Source: an uncultured Fidelibacterota bacterium (GTDB lineage Bacteria > Fidelibacterota > Marinisomatia > Marinisomatales > UBA1611). Taken from it: a DNA stretch of 64,000 bases. Of this stretch, positions 46,116 to 54,410 are shown piece after piece. The position numbers were made by a program, and so were the translations under genes. The notes under the pieces were generated by a model, which saw only the letters and a program-made list of their open reading frames with translations, did no database searches and had not been told where the DNA came from. Within the stretch, counting starts at the first letter, position 1. Each line of letters opens with the position of its first letter. Location: positions 5,601 through 69,600 of the forward strand of contig CACKSF010000001.1 of the NCBI GenBank assembly GCA_902602795.1, in the 5' to 3' direction.

Positions 46116-46345
46116 TGGACTATCAACATTTTTTTGAGAATTTAGTGGGCGTTAAAAAAATCAAATGGTCAGGCAAACAAGGCACTGGATGCTGTCTTTT
46201 GCCTGATCACGATGATAGAAATCCGTCATTCTCATTCAACATTGAGACAGGTCAAAACTTCTGTCATTCTTGTGGTTGGAAAGGCAACGCATACACACTT
46301 GCCAAAGAGCTAAATATGGACAACCCTTGCCATATACTCAAATAA
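46115..46345 (+). CDS. CHC2 zinc-finger module of a DnaG-type primase
   Basis: CLLPDHDDRNPSFSFNIETGQNFCHSCGWKGNAYTL = CxxxH...CxxC zf-CHC2. Confidence 0.7.
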   Translation: MDYQHFFENLVGVKKIKWSGKQGTGCCLLPDHDDRNPSFSFNIETGQNFCHSCGWKGNAYTLAKELNMDNPCHILK

Positions 46346-46418
46346 TTGCAAATCTATCAAGCACAAGCCTAATAACACTATTAAAAGCCATTCTAGAGAC
46401 ATAGATGAGGTAGGAATC

Positions 46419-47012
46419 ATGAAGATGTATGAAGAACTAAAAGAAAGGTACGGAAACAGGATAAAACTCGGAGATAATTACAAGGATAAATACGTCGGAA
46501 AAAGTGATAAAGATGAGGCTGTTTTCATTTATCCAAAAGGCATCAAGATTCATAAGAAGTACTGGATTAAAGAAGCATCAATAGACACTTCTAATCAAAT
46601 CTTTATGATGGATGAATTGTTAGGTTTTGATAATTCTAAGCCACTCTACTTATTTGAAGGTGAAAAGGATGCTATAGCCTCAAAATTACAAGGAGTATCA
46701 TTCTTTTGCGGTGCTACTTCTATCCCAAAAAATATAGATGCTTTGTATGAGTTTGATGAAGTCGTACTCATATACGATAATGATGAAGCAGGTGTAAATG
46801 GTGCTAAAAAGGTAGCTGAACGGATTAAATCAGAATCACCAACAACCAAAGTACTAATTGCTCAATGGGATTCATCACTTCCAAAAGGATATGATGTTTA
46901 TGATGATGGTAAAAAGACTGGATTCGCCAAGGTAGATGAAGCCATTGCAAATACAATTATATATGATTTAAAAATACCAACAGAATTAGAAGGATTTACA
47001 ATTATGACATGA
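46419..47012 (+). CDS. Toprim-domain primase module
   Basis: LYLFEGEKDAIA (catalytic Glu) and VLIYDNDEAGVNGAKK (DxD). Ends at a TGA that is in frame with the following P-loop segment. Confidence 0.7.
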   Translation: MKMYEELKERYGNRIKLGDNYKDKYVGKSDKDEAVFIYPKGIKIHKKYWIKEASIDTSNQIFMMDELLGFDNSKPLYLFEGEKDAIASKLQGVSFFCGATSIPKNIDALYEFDEVVLIYDNDEAGVNGAKKVAERIKSESPTTKVLIAQWDSSLPKGYDVYDDGKKTGFAKVDEAIANTIIYDLKIPTELEGFTIMT

Positions 47013-47974
47013 AAAAAAGCAAGTAATACCGTTCCTAAACCAACAGAATGGATAATAGAAAATGTATTGCCTAAGGGATTTAATTCGTGTCTTGCAGGAA
47101 CGACTGGAAGTAAGAAATCTATGTGGGCAATCCAATTAGGTTTGTCAGTTGCGAATGGGAAAAAGACTTTTGTGGAAACCGTATCAAAGGTGGAAGTAGA
47201 AAGGTGTTATTTATTGATACGGAGATAGGGCAAGATGAATTACTTCGCAGGTATCACAAAATAAAAAGCAAAATAGATTGGAAAGGTGATGACAATATCA
47301 TAATGATGTCTAAAGGCGGAACAACGATGGACATTTGGGAACAAACAGAAAAAATGATTCAGGCGTATAGACCCGAAGTAGTCATCATTGATAGTATGTA
47401 TAATGCCACAAGTGTTTCAGATTTCTCCAAATCAACTGGGATGAGCAAGGTAACAGATGCTCTTGCTACTCTTAAAGATAAATACGGAGTTACTATTTTA
47501 ATTATTGCTCATTTCAATAAAGGTAATGATGAACAGGTAACTCATATAGATAGGATACAAGGTTCTGCAGTTTTCAAGAACTCTATTGAATTTCAAATAT
47601 GTATGATACAGACTAACATTGATGATTTCAATATCTTCCAAGTACAAAAGACTAGAGGAGTTCCTTTTGACAGATCTTACATTGGTCTTAAGTGGGATGA
47701 TTTTTGGTTTACTACAAAAGGTATCATTGAAGATATATCTGATTACCTTGTGACTGAACATAAGAAAAAAAAGTGGACTTCTGTATTGGAAGATTTGCCT
47801 GACAGGTTTGATACAAAGGATTGGCTGAATGTTTTTAATAGCAAGTTTGAGATGTCAGAAAGAACTGGAAAAGTTTGGCTTAAAGAGGTTAGTAGAACCC
47901 AAATGGTAGATAAGATTTCTCACGGAGTTTATGAGAAGAAACTTAAACTAATTGAAGAGAATGAAATTGATTAA
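47013..47974 (+). pseudogene. RepA/DnaB-like P-loop helicase (AAA_25-like), frameshifted
   Basis: Walker A segment ..CLAGTTGSKKSMWAIQLGLSVANGKK lies in the Toprim frame (47013-~47165). The remainder (VLFIDTEIGQDELLRRY.., VVIIDSMY Walker B, IIAHFNKG) lies in the frame of ORF 47123-47974. The shift maps to the gggAAAAAg run near 47158-47163. Confidence 0.65.
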
Positions 47975-48277
47975 TTGGTGGAGAGGTGTACTTCACTATT
48001 GCACTTTCTCTCTATTTATGATTGAAAGTGAAGATAGTGAAGATAATGAAGTATAGTTCTCTACTAATTAAACAGGAGATTAATAAGATATGCTGATAAA
48101 TAGGATAGAAACAGGCGGTGATGACTAAAGGCAGAGTGGACAACCGAGATGTTTGTTGGGGGTCTAAGGAGGAAAACCACTCTACCTCATTATCAAGTCT
48201 TCTATACTGCAAGACCAAGCATCTTTTAATATTAGGCATTTTAGAGCATCCTAACATTGACACCCATCACAAGGACT

Positions 48278-48472
48278 TTATATTGATTGGGAAGAGAAGA
48301 ATTTTAGTATCAGAACAAGTGGGTCAATTTTTCCAGTCATAATCATGTATACAAAAATAGAAATAGCTATGAGGATGATAAACATGCCTAAACATCCTAT
48401 GGCGAATAGTTTACTGATTTGGTTAATGGAGTATCTAACGAACTCGAAAAATATGGAAAGCCATTTAGACAT
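48278..48472 (-). CDS. small membrane protein
   Basis: 64 aa with a hydrophobic core LFAIGCLGMFIILIAISIFVYMIM. Confidence 0.4.
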   Translation of the reverse strand: MSKWLSIFFEFVRYSINQISKLFAIGCLGMFIILIAISIFVYMIMTGKIDPLVLILKFFSSQSI

Positions 48473-48495
48473 AGGATGCCTGGATGATTAATTAC

Positions 48496-48639
48496 TTATA
48501 CATCGTATGCAAAACCAAGACCACATAAGGCTACAATAATTGCATATCTATAGCTACCGCTATCTATTGATCTTTGCAGAGTCATTCCAAATAGGATTGC
48601 AAACATGAGTATACCCATCAATCTCCATCTTGGCAACAT
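48496..48639 (-). CDS. possible 47-aa membrane peptide
   Basis: MLPRWRLMGILMFAILFGMTLQRSIDSGSYRYAIIVALCGLGFAYDV. Fills the gap between co-directional small TM genes; below the ORF-track cutoff. Confidence 0.3.
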   Translation of the reverse strand: MLPRWRLMGILMFAILFGMTLQRSIDSGSYRYAIIVALCGLGFAYDV

Positions 48640-48669
48640 CCTTCTTTTTTTTAACCAATCAATCATTAA

Positions 48670-49017
48670 TTATTGGTCTCTAAAAAGTTTAAACCCAACA
48701 ATACTAAATGTGATATTGAATATTGCTATAATACCAAGCCAATTTGTTTTTTCACCTTTTTTTGTTGGTTTACTGAAAAGTAATGGAAGCCCAACTTTGG
48801 TTCGTTCGATACCTTTTTCTTTTTTTAATTCTCCAGCCCATTTGTACCAATCTTTATCATTATCAAAATCAACATTTGACTTTTCATATTCCCAATCTAT
48901 TTCACTGGTATCCAACCATTTATGTACTGGACTAAATCCTAGTCCAAAAACAGTTATCAGGAAGACCAAAACAGAACCAGTCCCAACCATAACTAATAAT
49001 TTTTGTTTGTCATTCAT
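48670..49017 (-). CDS. two-TM membrane protein
   Basis: 115 aa with N- and C-terminal TM helices around a charged loop. Confidence 0.5.
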   Translation of the reverse strand: MNDKQKLLVMVGTGSVLVFLITVFGLGFSPVHKWLDTSEIDWEYEKSNVDFDNDKDWYKWAGELKKEKGIERTKVGLPLLFSKPTKKGEKTNWLGIIAIFNITFSIVGFKLFRDQ

Positions 49018-49025
49018 AATTAAAA

Positions 49026-49325
49026 TTAATAATTATCTTTCCTTCTTGTCAGAGTACCTATCCAGGCATGAAAGTTTTTCTTGTTCGCATCAGAATAATA
49101 ATAATAAACAGCTACCAATAATATGCTTAATGGTATCGTAAAGACTAAAAACATTAGAAGAAGTACATTCGCAATGTCTTGTTCAGATTTATTTTTAAGT
49201 AATTTTGGAATCCCTGCTTCGCCTCTTTCATATTTTCCCCAATCTTTTAAAAATTGTTTTCTTTTTACCCAACCAAGGCATAGGACTATAATAAATAAAA
49301 TGATGGTAAATGGTGATAATTCCAT
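49026..49325 (-). CDS. two-TM membrane protein
   Basis: 99 aa with TM helices FTIILFIIVLCLGWV and VLLLMFLVFTIPLSILLVAVYYYY. Confidence 0.5.
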   Translation of the reverse strand: MELSPFTIILFIIVLCLGWVKRKQFLKDWGKYERGEAGIPKLLKNKSEQDIANVLLLMFLVFTIPLSILLVAVYYYYSDANKKNFHAWIGTLTRRKDNY

Positions 49326-49385
49326 TAACTAATTTAAGATATTTAACAATAGGTTCTTGTAACACATATACTACAGGAGTAATTT

Positions 49386-49622
49386 ATGAGTATGAGTGAA
49401 GTTAATAAAGGTGGAAGACCTAGAGAAGAACCCACCAATGTACGCAGTGTTAGATTGCCCAACAGGATTTGGAAATTGGTACAAAAGGCATCGAAAGGCA
49501 GTCGTTCAGTCAATGAATATATTCAAACAATAATTGAGAATGATTTGATTAAACGGAAAATGCTAAAGAAGTCAGAACGGAAAAAACTATCCTCTAAAAC
49601 CTCTACGAAAAGGAGTCAGTAA
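49386..49622 (+). CDS. ribbon-helix-helix (CopG/Arc-like) DNA-binding protein
   Basis: GGRPREEPTNVRSVRLPNRIWKLVQKAS....SVNEYIQTIIENDL fits a beta-alpha-alpha RHH pattern. SD AGGAG is present; TAATG overlap with the integrase. Confidence 0.5.
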   Translation: MSMSEVNKGGRPREEPTNVRSVRLPNRIWKLVQKASKGSRSVNEYIQTIIENDLIKRKMLKKSERKKLSSKTSTKRSQ

Positions 49623-50734
49623 TGGCGATACTTAAAACTCGTAGAGATAAATGGTATGAAAGAGTGATATGGTTTGTAAATGGTAAGTTTATCGAAAAAC
49701 AAATACCATTAAGAACCTCATCAAAAGTAACTGCAAGAGAGAGAATTGCAGAGGTCAAAAAGGTAGAAGGAGATATTAAACAAGGGATGGAGTTTTCATT
49801 CCCTTGGCTATCCAATTTTGCAAAGACCAAAGTAAAACGGTTCACCATTAAAGAAGCAGTTGATCAATGGTTATTAAAACGGAAGGGTAAAGTTGCGAAT
49901 TCTACATTGGATTTGAATGAGGATGGTTTGAATTATTTTCTCAAGTTCATGGGCAATGCAAATCCTATCGAAACAATCTCAACAAGTAATGTGGAACAAT
50001 TCATTGATTGGTTGGAAGGAAGGGGTTTAAGCAAGGCAAGTATTAATATACATTTACGAACTATAAAATCGATGTTTAGGTATTATCTAAATGTTGGTAG
50101 ACTGACTTCAGTTCCTCATATCCAACAATTGAGGATTCCAAAAACAGAACCTATCTACATCACAGATAATGAGTTTCAATCCATAATGGAATTAGATTGG
50201 TTAGATGATTTTTACAAGCTTGTATTCCTTTTATATCGTGAGACTGGAATGAGACTAAACGAGCATATGATTTCAGTACTTGATGGAGATTGGGTTGACA
50301 TACCTAATACATCCAAAGGTAAGGTAGGAAGAAACACCCAATTAGATAGACCAATGCAATCCATCTTCAATGAATTGAAAGAATGGTTAAGCAGTGGTTA
50401 TGGTTCAAGGCTTAAGACACCTGATGACCATATCAGTAAGATGTTTAAGAAAGCCTTAAGAAGTATAGGTGCAGATGAAAGTAAACATTTCCATTCACTT
50501 CGGCATACATTTGCAGTAAGAAGATTGATACAAGGAACATAAATATATGATTTAAAATTGTTGATGGGTCATAGTTCAGTCACAACTACTGAAGTCTATT
50601 CAAATATGAATCTTAAACGAGTGTCTCAAGGTTTTCCAACCATAGTCACAAGATATGTAAATATGACTAAAATTGGAAATTTGGACACAAAAACCTTGGA
50701 CACAATAGCATTACCAATGACCTATGTGACGTAA
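49622..50734 (+). pseudogene. tyrosine recombinase/integrase with an in-frame TAA before the catalytic Tyr region
   Basis: YRETGMRLNE (Arg I) and HSLRHTFAVRRLIQGT (HxxR), then TAA at 50540-50542. The same frame continues IYDLKLLMGHSSVTTTEVYSNM (His, Tyr nucleophile) to the stop at 50732-50734. Confidence 0.8.
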
Positions 50735-50763
50735 TAAATTAGGTTACAGCTTCCAAGCGGATA

Positions 50764-50808
50764 CTTTGGGAGCAGGAGATCGGGAGTTCAAATCTTTCTA
50801 CCCCGACA
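50764..50808 (+). repeat. attR core (orphan 3' half of tRNA-Pro)
   Basis: CTTTGGGAGCAGGAGATCGGGAGTTCAAATCTTTCTACCCCGACA (one C>T difference). No 5' tRNA half precedes it. Confidence 0.8.
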
Positions 50809-50835
50809 ATGAGGCAACACACTTGTCTCTTCAGA

Positions 50836-50870
50836 AAAGCCTCGTCAAACGATGAGGCTTCTTTGTTTTC
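50836..50870 (+). terminator. terminator after the orphan tRNA-Pro 3' half
   Basis: AAAAGCCTCGTC-AAAC-GATGAGGCTTCTTTGTTTT. Confidence 0.55.
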
Positions 50871-50910
50871 ATACTTAGTAATAAATGTTCATTAATACCC
50901 GTTTGGGGGA

Positions 50911-50992
50911 CACACCCTATGGGCGTATGGCATTTTAGGAATGAACGTAAATCCTCATTCCACGCAAAGTATTTGAAAAGAAAGTCCTTGGA
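50911..50992 (+). repeat. repeat C1 (long form)
   Basis: CACACCCTATGGGCGTATGGCATTTTAGGAATGAACGTAAATCCTCATTCCACGCAAAGTATTTGAAAAGAAAGTCCTTGG; shares its core with C2-C4. Confidence 0.7.
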
Positions 50993-51035
50993 GTAAGTTT
51001 AAATATTCTAATAATCTATTAACAAGGCCTTTACT

Positions 51036-51701
51036 TTATGGTGCTTCCCAAATAATTGGATATATAGATTCACCAAAGATACCTACGCTACGAGAATAGA
51101 AGATTTTTAAATCTTTACTAGAAAAAGGATTCTTTTGAGATTCTCCGTCAAGTGTATTGCCAAAATAATTGGAGCCATACTGTTCAATCGACTTTTTGTG
51201 CCTAATTACTCTTATTGGGTGCACATCTGCTTTTAAGGCTGCTATTATGTCGGAATCTGCATCTCCGTAATATAAATCAAGCTTTAAAGAAGTCATTTTA
51301 CGGTGTTTAGTAGTATGTTTGATGCCATCTATTTTTTCATTTGGACAGAAAAATAAATTTTTATTTTTCTCTATTTTCAAATCAAGTTTTTTAGATAAAA
51401 AGCGTGCTAAAGTTTCTCCATTTTCTCCTGATCTTGCTGTTATAAAAAAAAGGTTATGTCCATTTTCTGAAAAATAGTTTATTAGCTCTACCGTTGGTTC
51501 TATAAAAACTGATAATTTTTCATCTTGTTCATTAACCCAGCTATAATCAATTGGGTTTTTTTTATTTTGAGGTATATTTTGAAAAACATCTCTAGAAAAT
51601 AATATTGTATCATCAATATCAAATCCTACATTTAATATGCCTGAACTTGCTAAAGAGAGTGATTTTATAAATGTTATTATAATTAATAGTTTTGAATACA
51701 T
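51036..51701 (-). CDS. class B acid phosphatase (AphA-like, HAD superfamily)
   Basis: Signal peptide; GFDIDDTILFS (DDDD motif I), FFITARS, YYGDADSDI, matching the AphA layout. Confidence 0.75.
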   Translation of the reverse strand: MYSKLLIIITFIKSLSLASSGILNVGFDIDDTILFSRDVFQNIPQNKKNPIDYSWVNEQDEKLSVFIEPTVELINYFSENGHNLFFITARSGENGETLARFLSKKLDLKIEKNKNLFFCPNEKIDGIKHTTKHRKMTSLKLDLYYGDADSDIIAALKADVHPIRVIRHKKSIEQYGSNYFGNTLDGESQKNPFSSKDLKIFYSRSVGIFGESIYPIIWEAP

Positions 51702-51808
51702 ATAGTTAAAAGGTTTATTTAAGGGTTAGTAATTACTTAAAAAGACACAAAATTATCTTTAACAAATTAAAATAAAAGCTAATCTTTCTACTCAAAAATT
51801 ATTAGTAC

Positions 51809-52027
51809 CTAATAAAGATTATTTTCTCTTTCATAATCGTTAAGCATTGCTAGAAGGTTCATAATAAAACTTTCATATTGCTTTAGGCGTATAGATAATT
51901 TGTCGCCTGTATCTTTTTTTAATTTATAATCCTTTTTAAGTGATTTATTTTCTTGCAAAATGTCAGCTTCAAAAATTGGTTTGTTGAGAATATTATTAAC
52001 AGAGTCATTGAAGTTGTCTTTATCCAA
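51809..52027 (-). CDS. small coiled-coil protein, unknown function
   Basis: 72-aa ORF, charged/helical; no motif. Confidence 0.35.
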   Translation of the reverse strand: MDKDNFNDSVNNILNKPIFEADILQENKSLKKDYKLKKDTGDKLSIRLKQYESFIMNLLAMLNDYERENNLY

Positions 52028-52103
52028 TGATTACTTTATTGTATGGATATGTGATTGGTAACATAGTTAAATCCTGTTGGCCAGAAGAGGAATAGGCATC
52101 ATC

Positions 52104-52152
52104 AAGCCCCACATTCGTGCGGTTTTTTGTTTGTGGGATGATTAGTAGATTA
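52104..52152 (+). repeat. junction repeat A3
   Basis: AAGCCCCACATTCGTGCGGTTTTTTGTTTGTGGGATGATTAGTAGATTA. Confidence 0.8.
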
Positions 52153-52235
52153 ATTTATTTACTTATTGCTAATTTACTTGAACTTAATTATTATTCATAT
52201 TTACTTAACTATTATTAATTAATCACCATTTACAA

Positions 52236-52760
52236 ATGCGCAAATATATATTCTTACTTTTAATTACTGGAACCGTTTGGGCACAAACGGGTTTAGATAA
52301 ATTAGTTTTTAAAAGGGGTGCTTATTATCAAGGAAAATATGCAAACACCGATAATAAAATTACATACTTATTTGAACCACAGGCAGTTTTGGATGCAAAA
52401 AAAGATGCAAAAAAATGGATAGCTTACCCACTATTAGTAGGACTTACATTCGCCTCATCAATATATGGTACTATGACGATTGCCAGAGAAGAGCCTTGGG
52501 AAAGCCTCCCAGCAATGATAGGAATTAGCACTGCTAGTTTAGCTTTACCATACATTAGTTTAAATAATTCTGATAAAAACCAAATTGAAAAACTAAGTAA
52601 GCAAGTTTATGATATTGAATTATATAAAGAAACTTTTTCGGAAGAATTCATAAAAAATAATATCATAGGTTTAGGTCTGTTAGGTTTGGCTGCTGCTGGA
52701 GGATATATTTATTTTATTTCAACTTTTACTTTGAATGATGACTTTTATTTCGGACCGTAG
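52236..52760 (+). CDS. signal-peptide protein with C-terminal multi-TM region
   Basis: MRKYIFLLLITGTVWAQ signal and three hydrophobic segments. Same architecture class as 43364-43858. Confidence 0.55.
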   Translation: MRKYIFLLLITGTVWAQTGLDKLVFKRGAYYQGKYANTDNKITYLFEPQAVLDAKKDAKKWIAYPLLVGLTFASSIYGTMTIAREEPWESLPAMIGISTASLALPYISLNNSDKNQIEKLSKQVYDIELYKETFSEEFIKNNIIGLGLLGLAAAGGYIYFISTFTLNDDFYFGP

Positions 52761-52775
52761 TGCAGTTATTTGGTC

Positions 52776-52824
52776 AGCCCTATATTTGTGCGGCTTTTTG
52801 TTTGTTGGGTGATGGGTAGATTTG
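52776..52824 (+). repeat. junction repeat A4
   Basis: CAGCCCTATATTTGTGCGGCTTTTTGTTTGTTGGGTGATGGGTAGATTTG. Confidence 0.8.
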
Positions 52825-52975
52825 GATATGCTTTTCTACTATACAAAATTAATATATTATCTATGGGCTTTGGTATTACCCTTATTATATTTTATTTTTC
52901 AAATAATGGATTAGGTTCCTATTATTTCTATCTTAATCAATAATATATATAAAAAAACAATAGTATAAATGACAC

Positions 52976-53698
52976 ATGATTAAGTTGTTTAAATACATTT
53001 CTATATCAATAGTTACATTTTATCTTATTTATAGTTCCAATGTATTCGCTGGCAAAATCCTTAAATACGACTTAAAAAAGCAAGAGAGTTTACATGATAA
53101 TTCTGTTTTGTTTTTCATGCATGGATGGGGATCAAGTAAAAAAAAATGGTATAAAGAAATAATTTCTGAATTTGGAGATGATTTTACTATTGTGATTTTG
53201 CAAGCACCCTATAGGATGGGGTGGTTTCCTGGGAAATTTAGTTGGTATGAATGGCAAATAGTTGATGGCGATACTATATTTAATCAGGAACAGATTAATT
53301 TTAGTTCCCAAAGCGTTTTACAAACAATAGATCACATTATTAGAAAACAAAATTTGGATATTAAAAACGTTTTTATTGGTGGTCAAAGCCAAGGAGCTAT
53401 AATAGCATGCAAATTAGCTTCTGAGCATCCAGAATCTATGCGAGGATTTTTTGTGCATAATGGAAGGCTTCCAGTAGTATTCAATCCTGTTAACAGTGAT
53501 AGTTTTTCAAAATTACATGGACTTATATTAAATGGGAAATATGATAAGGTACTGCCTCCTAAATATGCTAAAAGCATAGTTAATAAATTTAAAAATCTTG
53601 GTGTGAATATAGATTCAATATCACCAGAGATTGGACATGGGATGCCAAAGGAGTCTTGGAGAATGATTCAAGAATGGATTAACTCAATTATAAGGTAA
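52976..53698 (+). CDS. secreted alpha/beta hydrolase (phospholipase/carboxylesterase family)
   Basis: FMHGWGSS, nucleophile elbow GGQSQGA, C-terminal IGHGMP (His). Confidence 0.7.
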   Translation: MIKLFKYISISIVTFYLIYSSNVFAGKILKYDLKKQESLHDNSVLFFMHGWGSSKKKWYKEIISEFGDDFTIVILQAPYRMGWFPGKFSWYEWQIVDGDTIFNQEQINFSSQSVLQTIDHIIRKQNLDIKNVFIGGQSQGAIIACKLASEHPESMRGFFVHNGRLPVVFNPVNSDSFSKLHGLILNGKYDKVLPPKYAKSIVNKFKNLGVNIDSISPEIGHGMPKESWRMIQEWINSIIR

Positions 53699-53778
53699 TT
53701 AATTTTAATGGTGAGTTTGTTGATACCAAGAAGATGCTATTGTTTAAATAAATATGTAAGTAAGTCTACAGGTTAGTT

Positions 53779-53839
53779 TAAGCAGGTACGTTCAGTATAA
53801 TGTCCTTCTGTCCTTTTAGTACTTGAAGGGACAAAAGAA
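53779..53839 (+). repeat. repeat B2
   Basis: TAAGCAGGTACGTTCAGTATAATGTCCTTCTGTCCTTTTAGTACTTGAAGGGACAAAAGAA. Confidence 0.75.
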
Positions 53840-53846
53840 CAACTTT

Positions 53847-53897
53847 CTACACACATATTCGTTGGGTTTTTTGTTTGTGGAATGATGGGTATATTTT
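53847..53897 (+). repeat. junction repeat A5 (eroded hairpin)
   Basis: CTACACACATATTCGTTGGGTTTTTTGTTTGTGGAATGATGGGTATATTTTG. Confidence 0.75.
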
Positions 53898-53900
53898 GAT

Positions 53901-54134
53901 ATGAGAGGAGAATTAAAATTCTTAGCAGGGTTTGCTATTGGCATAGCAATAGGCGCAGCAACTGATAATTTAGGTATAGGAATTGGTATCGGTATTGCTT
54001 TTGGTTCTGCATTATCCCAAACTAAAAACGAACAGAAGAGTATTAAATCAGATTCAAGTGAAGAGGATATATTAATTGATTTCAACCACATGAATAGAAG
54101 AAAAAGAAAAGCCAAGAATGATGAAAAAGAGTAG
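53901..54134 (+). CDS. small glycine-zipper membrane protein
   Basis: FLAGFAIGIAIGAATDNLGIGIGIGIAFGSAL followed by a charged tail. The ATG lies 3 nt after the A5 box. Confidence 0.55.
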   Translation: MRGELKFLAGFAIGIAIGAATDNLGIGIGIGIAFGSALSQTKNEQKSIKSDSSEEDILIDFNHMNRRKRKAKNDEKE

Positions 54135-54180
54135 AGCCCCATATTCGTGGAGTTTTTTTTTGTGAGATGATGGTTAAATC
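54134..54180 (+). repeat. junction repeat A6
   Basis: AGAGCCCCATATTCGTGGAGTTTTTTTTTGTGAGATGATGGTTAAATC. Confidence 0.75.
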
Positions 54181-54410
54181 TATTGATGCCTTGAATTAAA
54201 AATTCATAATTGTTTCCAGAGCTATTAAACTTATTATCTTCAAAAATTTCTAAAACCTTAATTTATTATTTAACAATATTTAATTTATAATTAATTTAAA
54301 TCAATGTTAACTTTATCTTTATTAATAATTAACAGCGAATTTATCAATATTTTATGTTCATTATTTTTAGGTATAATGGATCATAAATATTTTACCTTGT
54401 TATATATATT

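Larger units (their letters stand above)
42355..50808 (+). mobile_element. ~8.4 kb integrative element in the 3' half of tRNA-Pro (degenerate)
   Basis: 45-bp direct repeats at 42355-42399 and 50764-50808 (44/45 identical) running from the tRNA anticodon loop to the 3' end. A tyrosine integrase, RHH, Xis-like HTH and primase/helicase genes lie between them. Confidence 0.8.

Noticed and set aside
45830-46129. 99-aa ORF on the - strand
   Set aside because: It is antisense to the Xis-like HTH reading frame, which has a recognisable DNA-binding motif, and its own translation is low-complexity. Judged spurious.
48012-48342. Overlapping ORFs 48012-48263 (-) and 48118-48342 (+)
   Set aside because: They are mutually exclusive, with no motifs and no clear start context. 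I cannot decide between them, so neither is reported as a feature.
48605-49141. 178-aa ORF on the + strand
   Set aside because: It is antisense to two compact, better-formed membrane-protein genes. The translation is S/L/N-rich and low-complexity, with no start context.
45933-50542. In-frame stops in element genes as evidence of an alternative genetic code (stop-codon reassignment)
   Set aside because: Both TAA and TGA are affected. A frameshift co-occurs, and the same genes and their neighbours terminate normally on TAA/TGA. No suppressor tRNA is present in the window, so pseudogenisation is the simpler reading. It is still listed as something to verify.
50911-50992. Repeat C1 as a group II intron domain V or other ribozyme fragment
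   Set aside because: GGGCGTATGG...GAACGTAAATCC superficially recalls domain V. However, the required 14-bp helix with an AGC triad cannot be drawn, and there is no RT/maturase ORF nearby.
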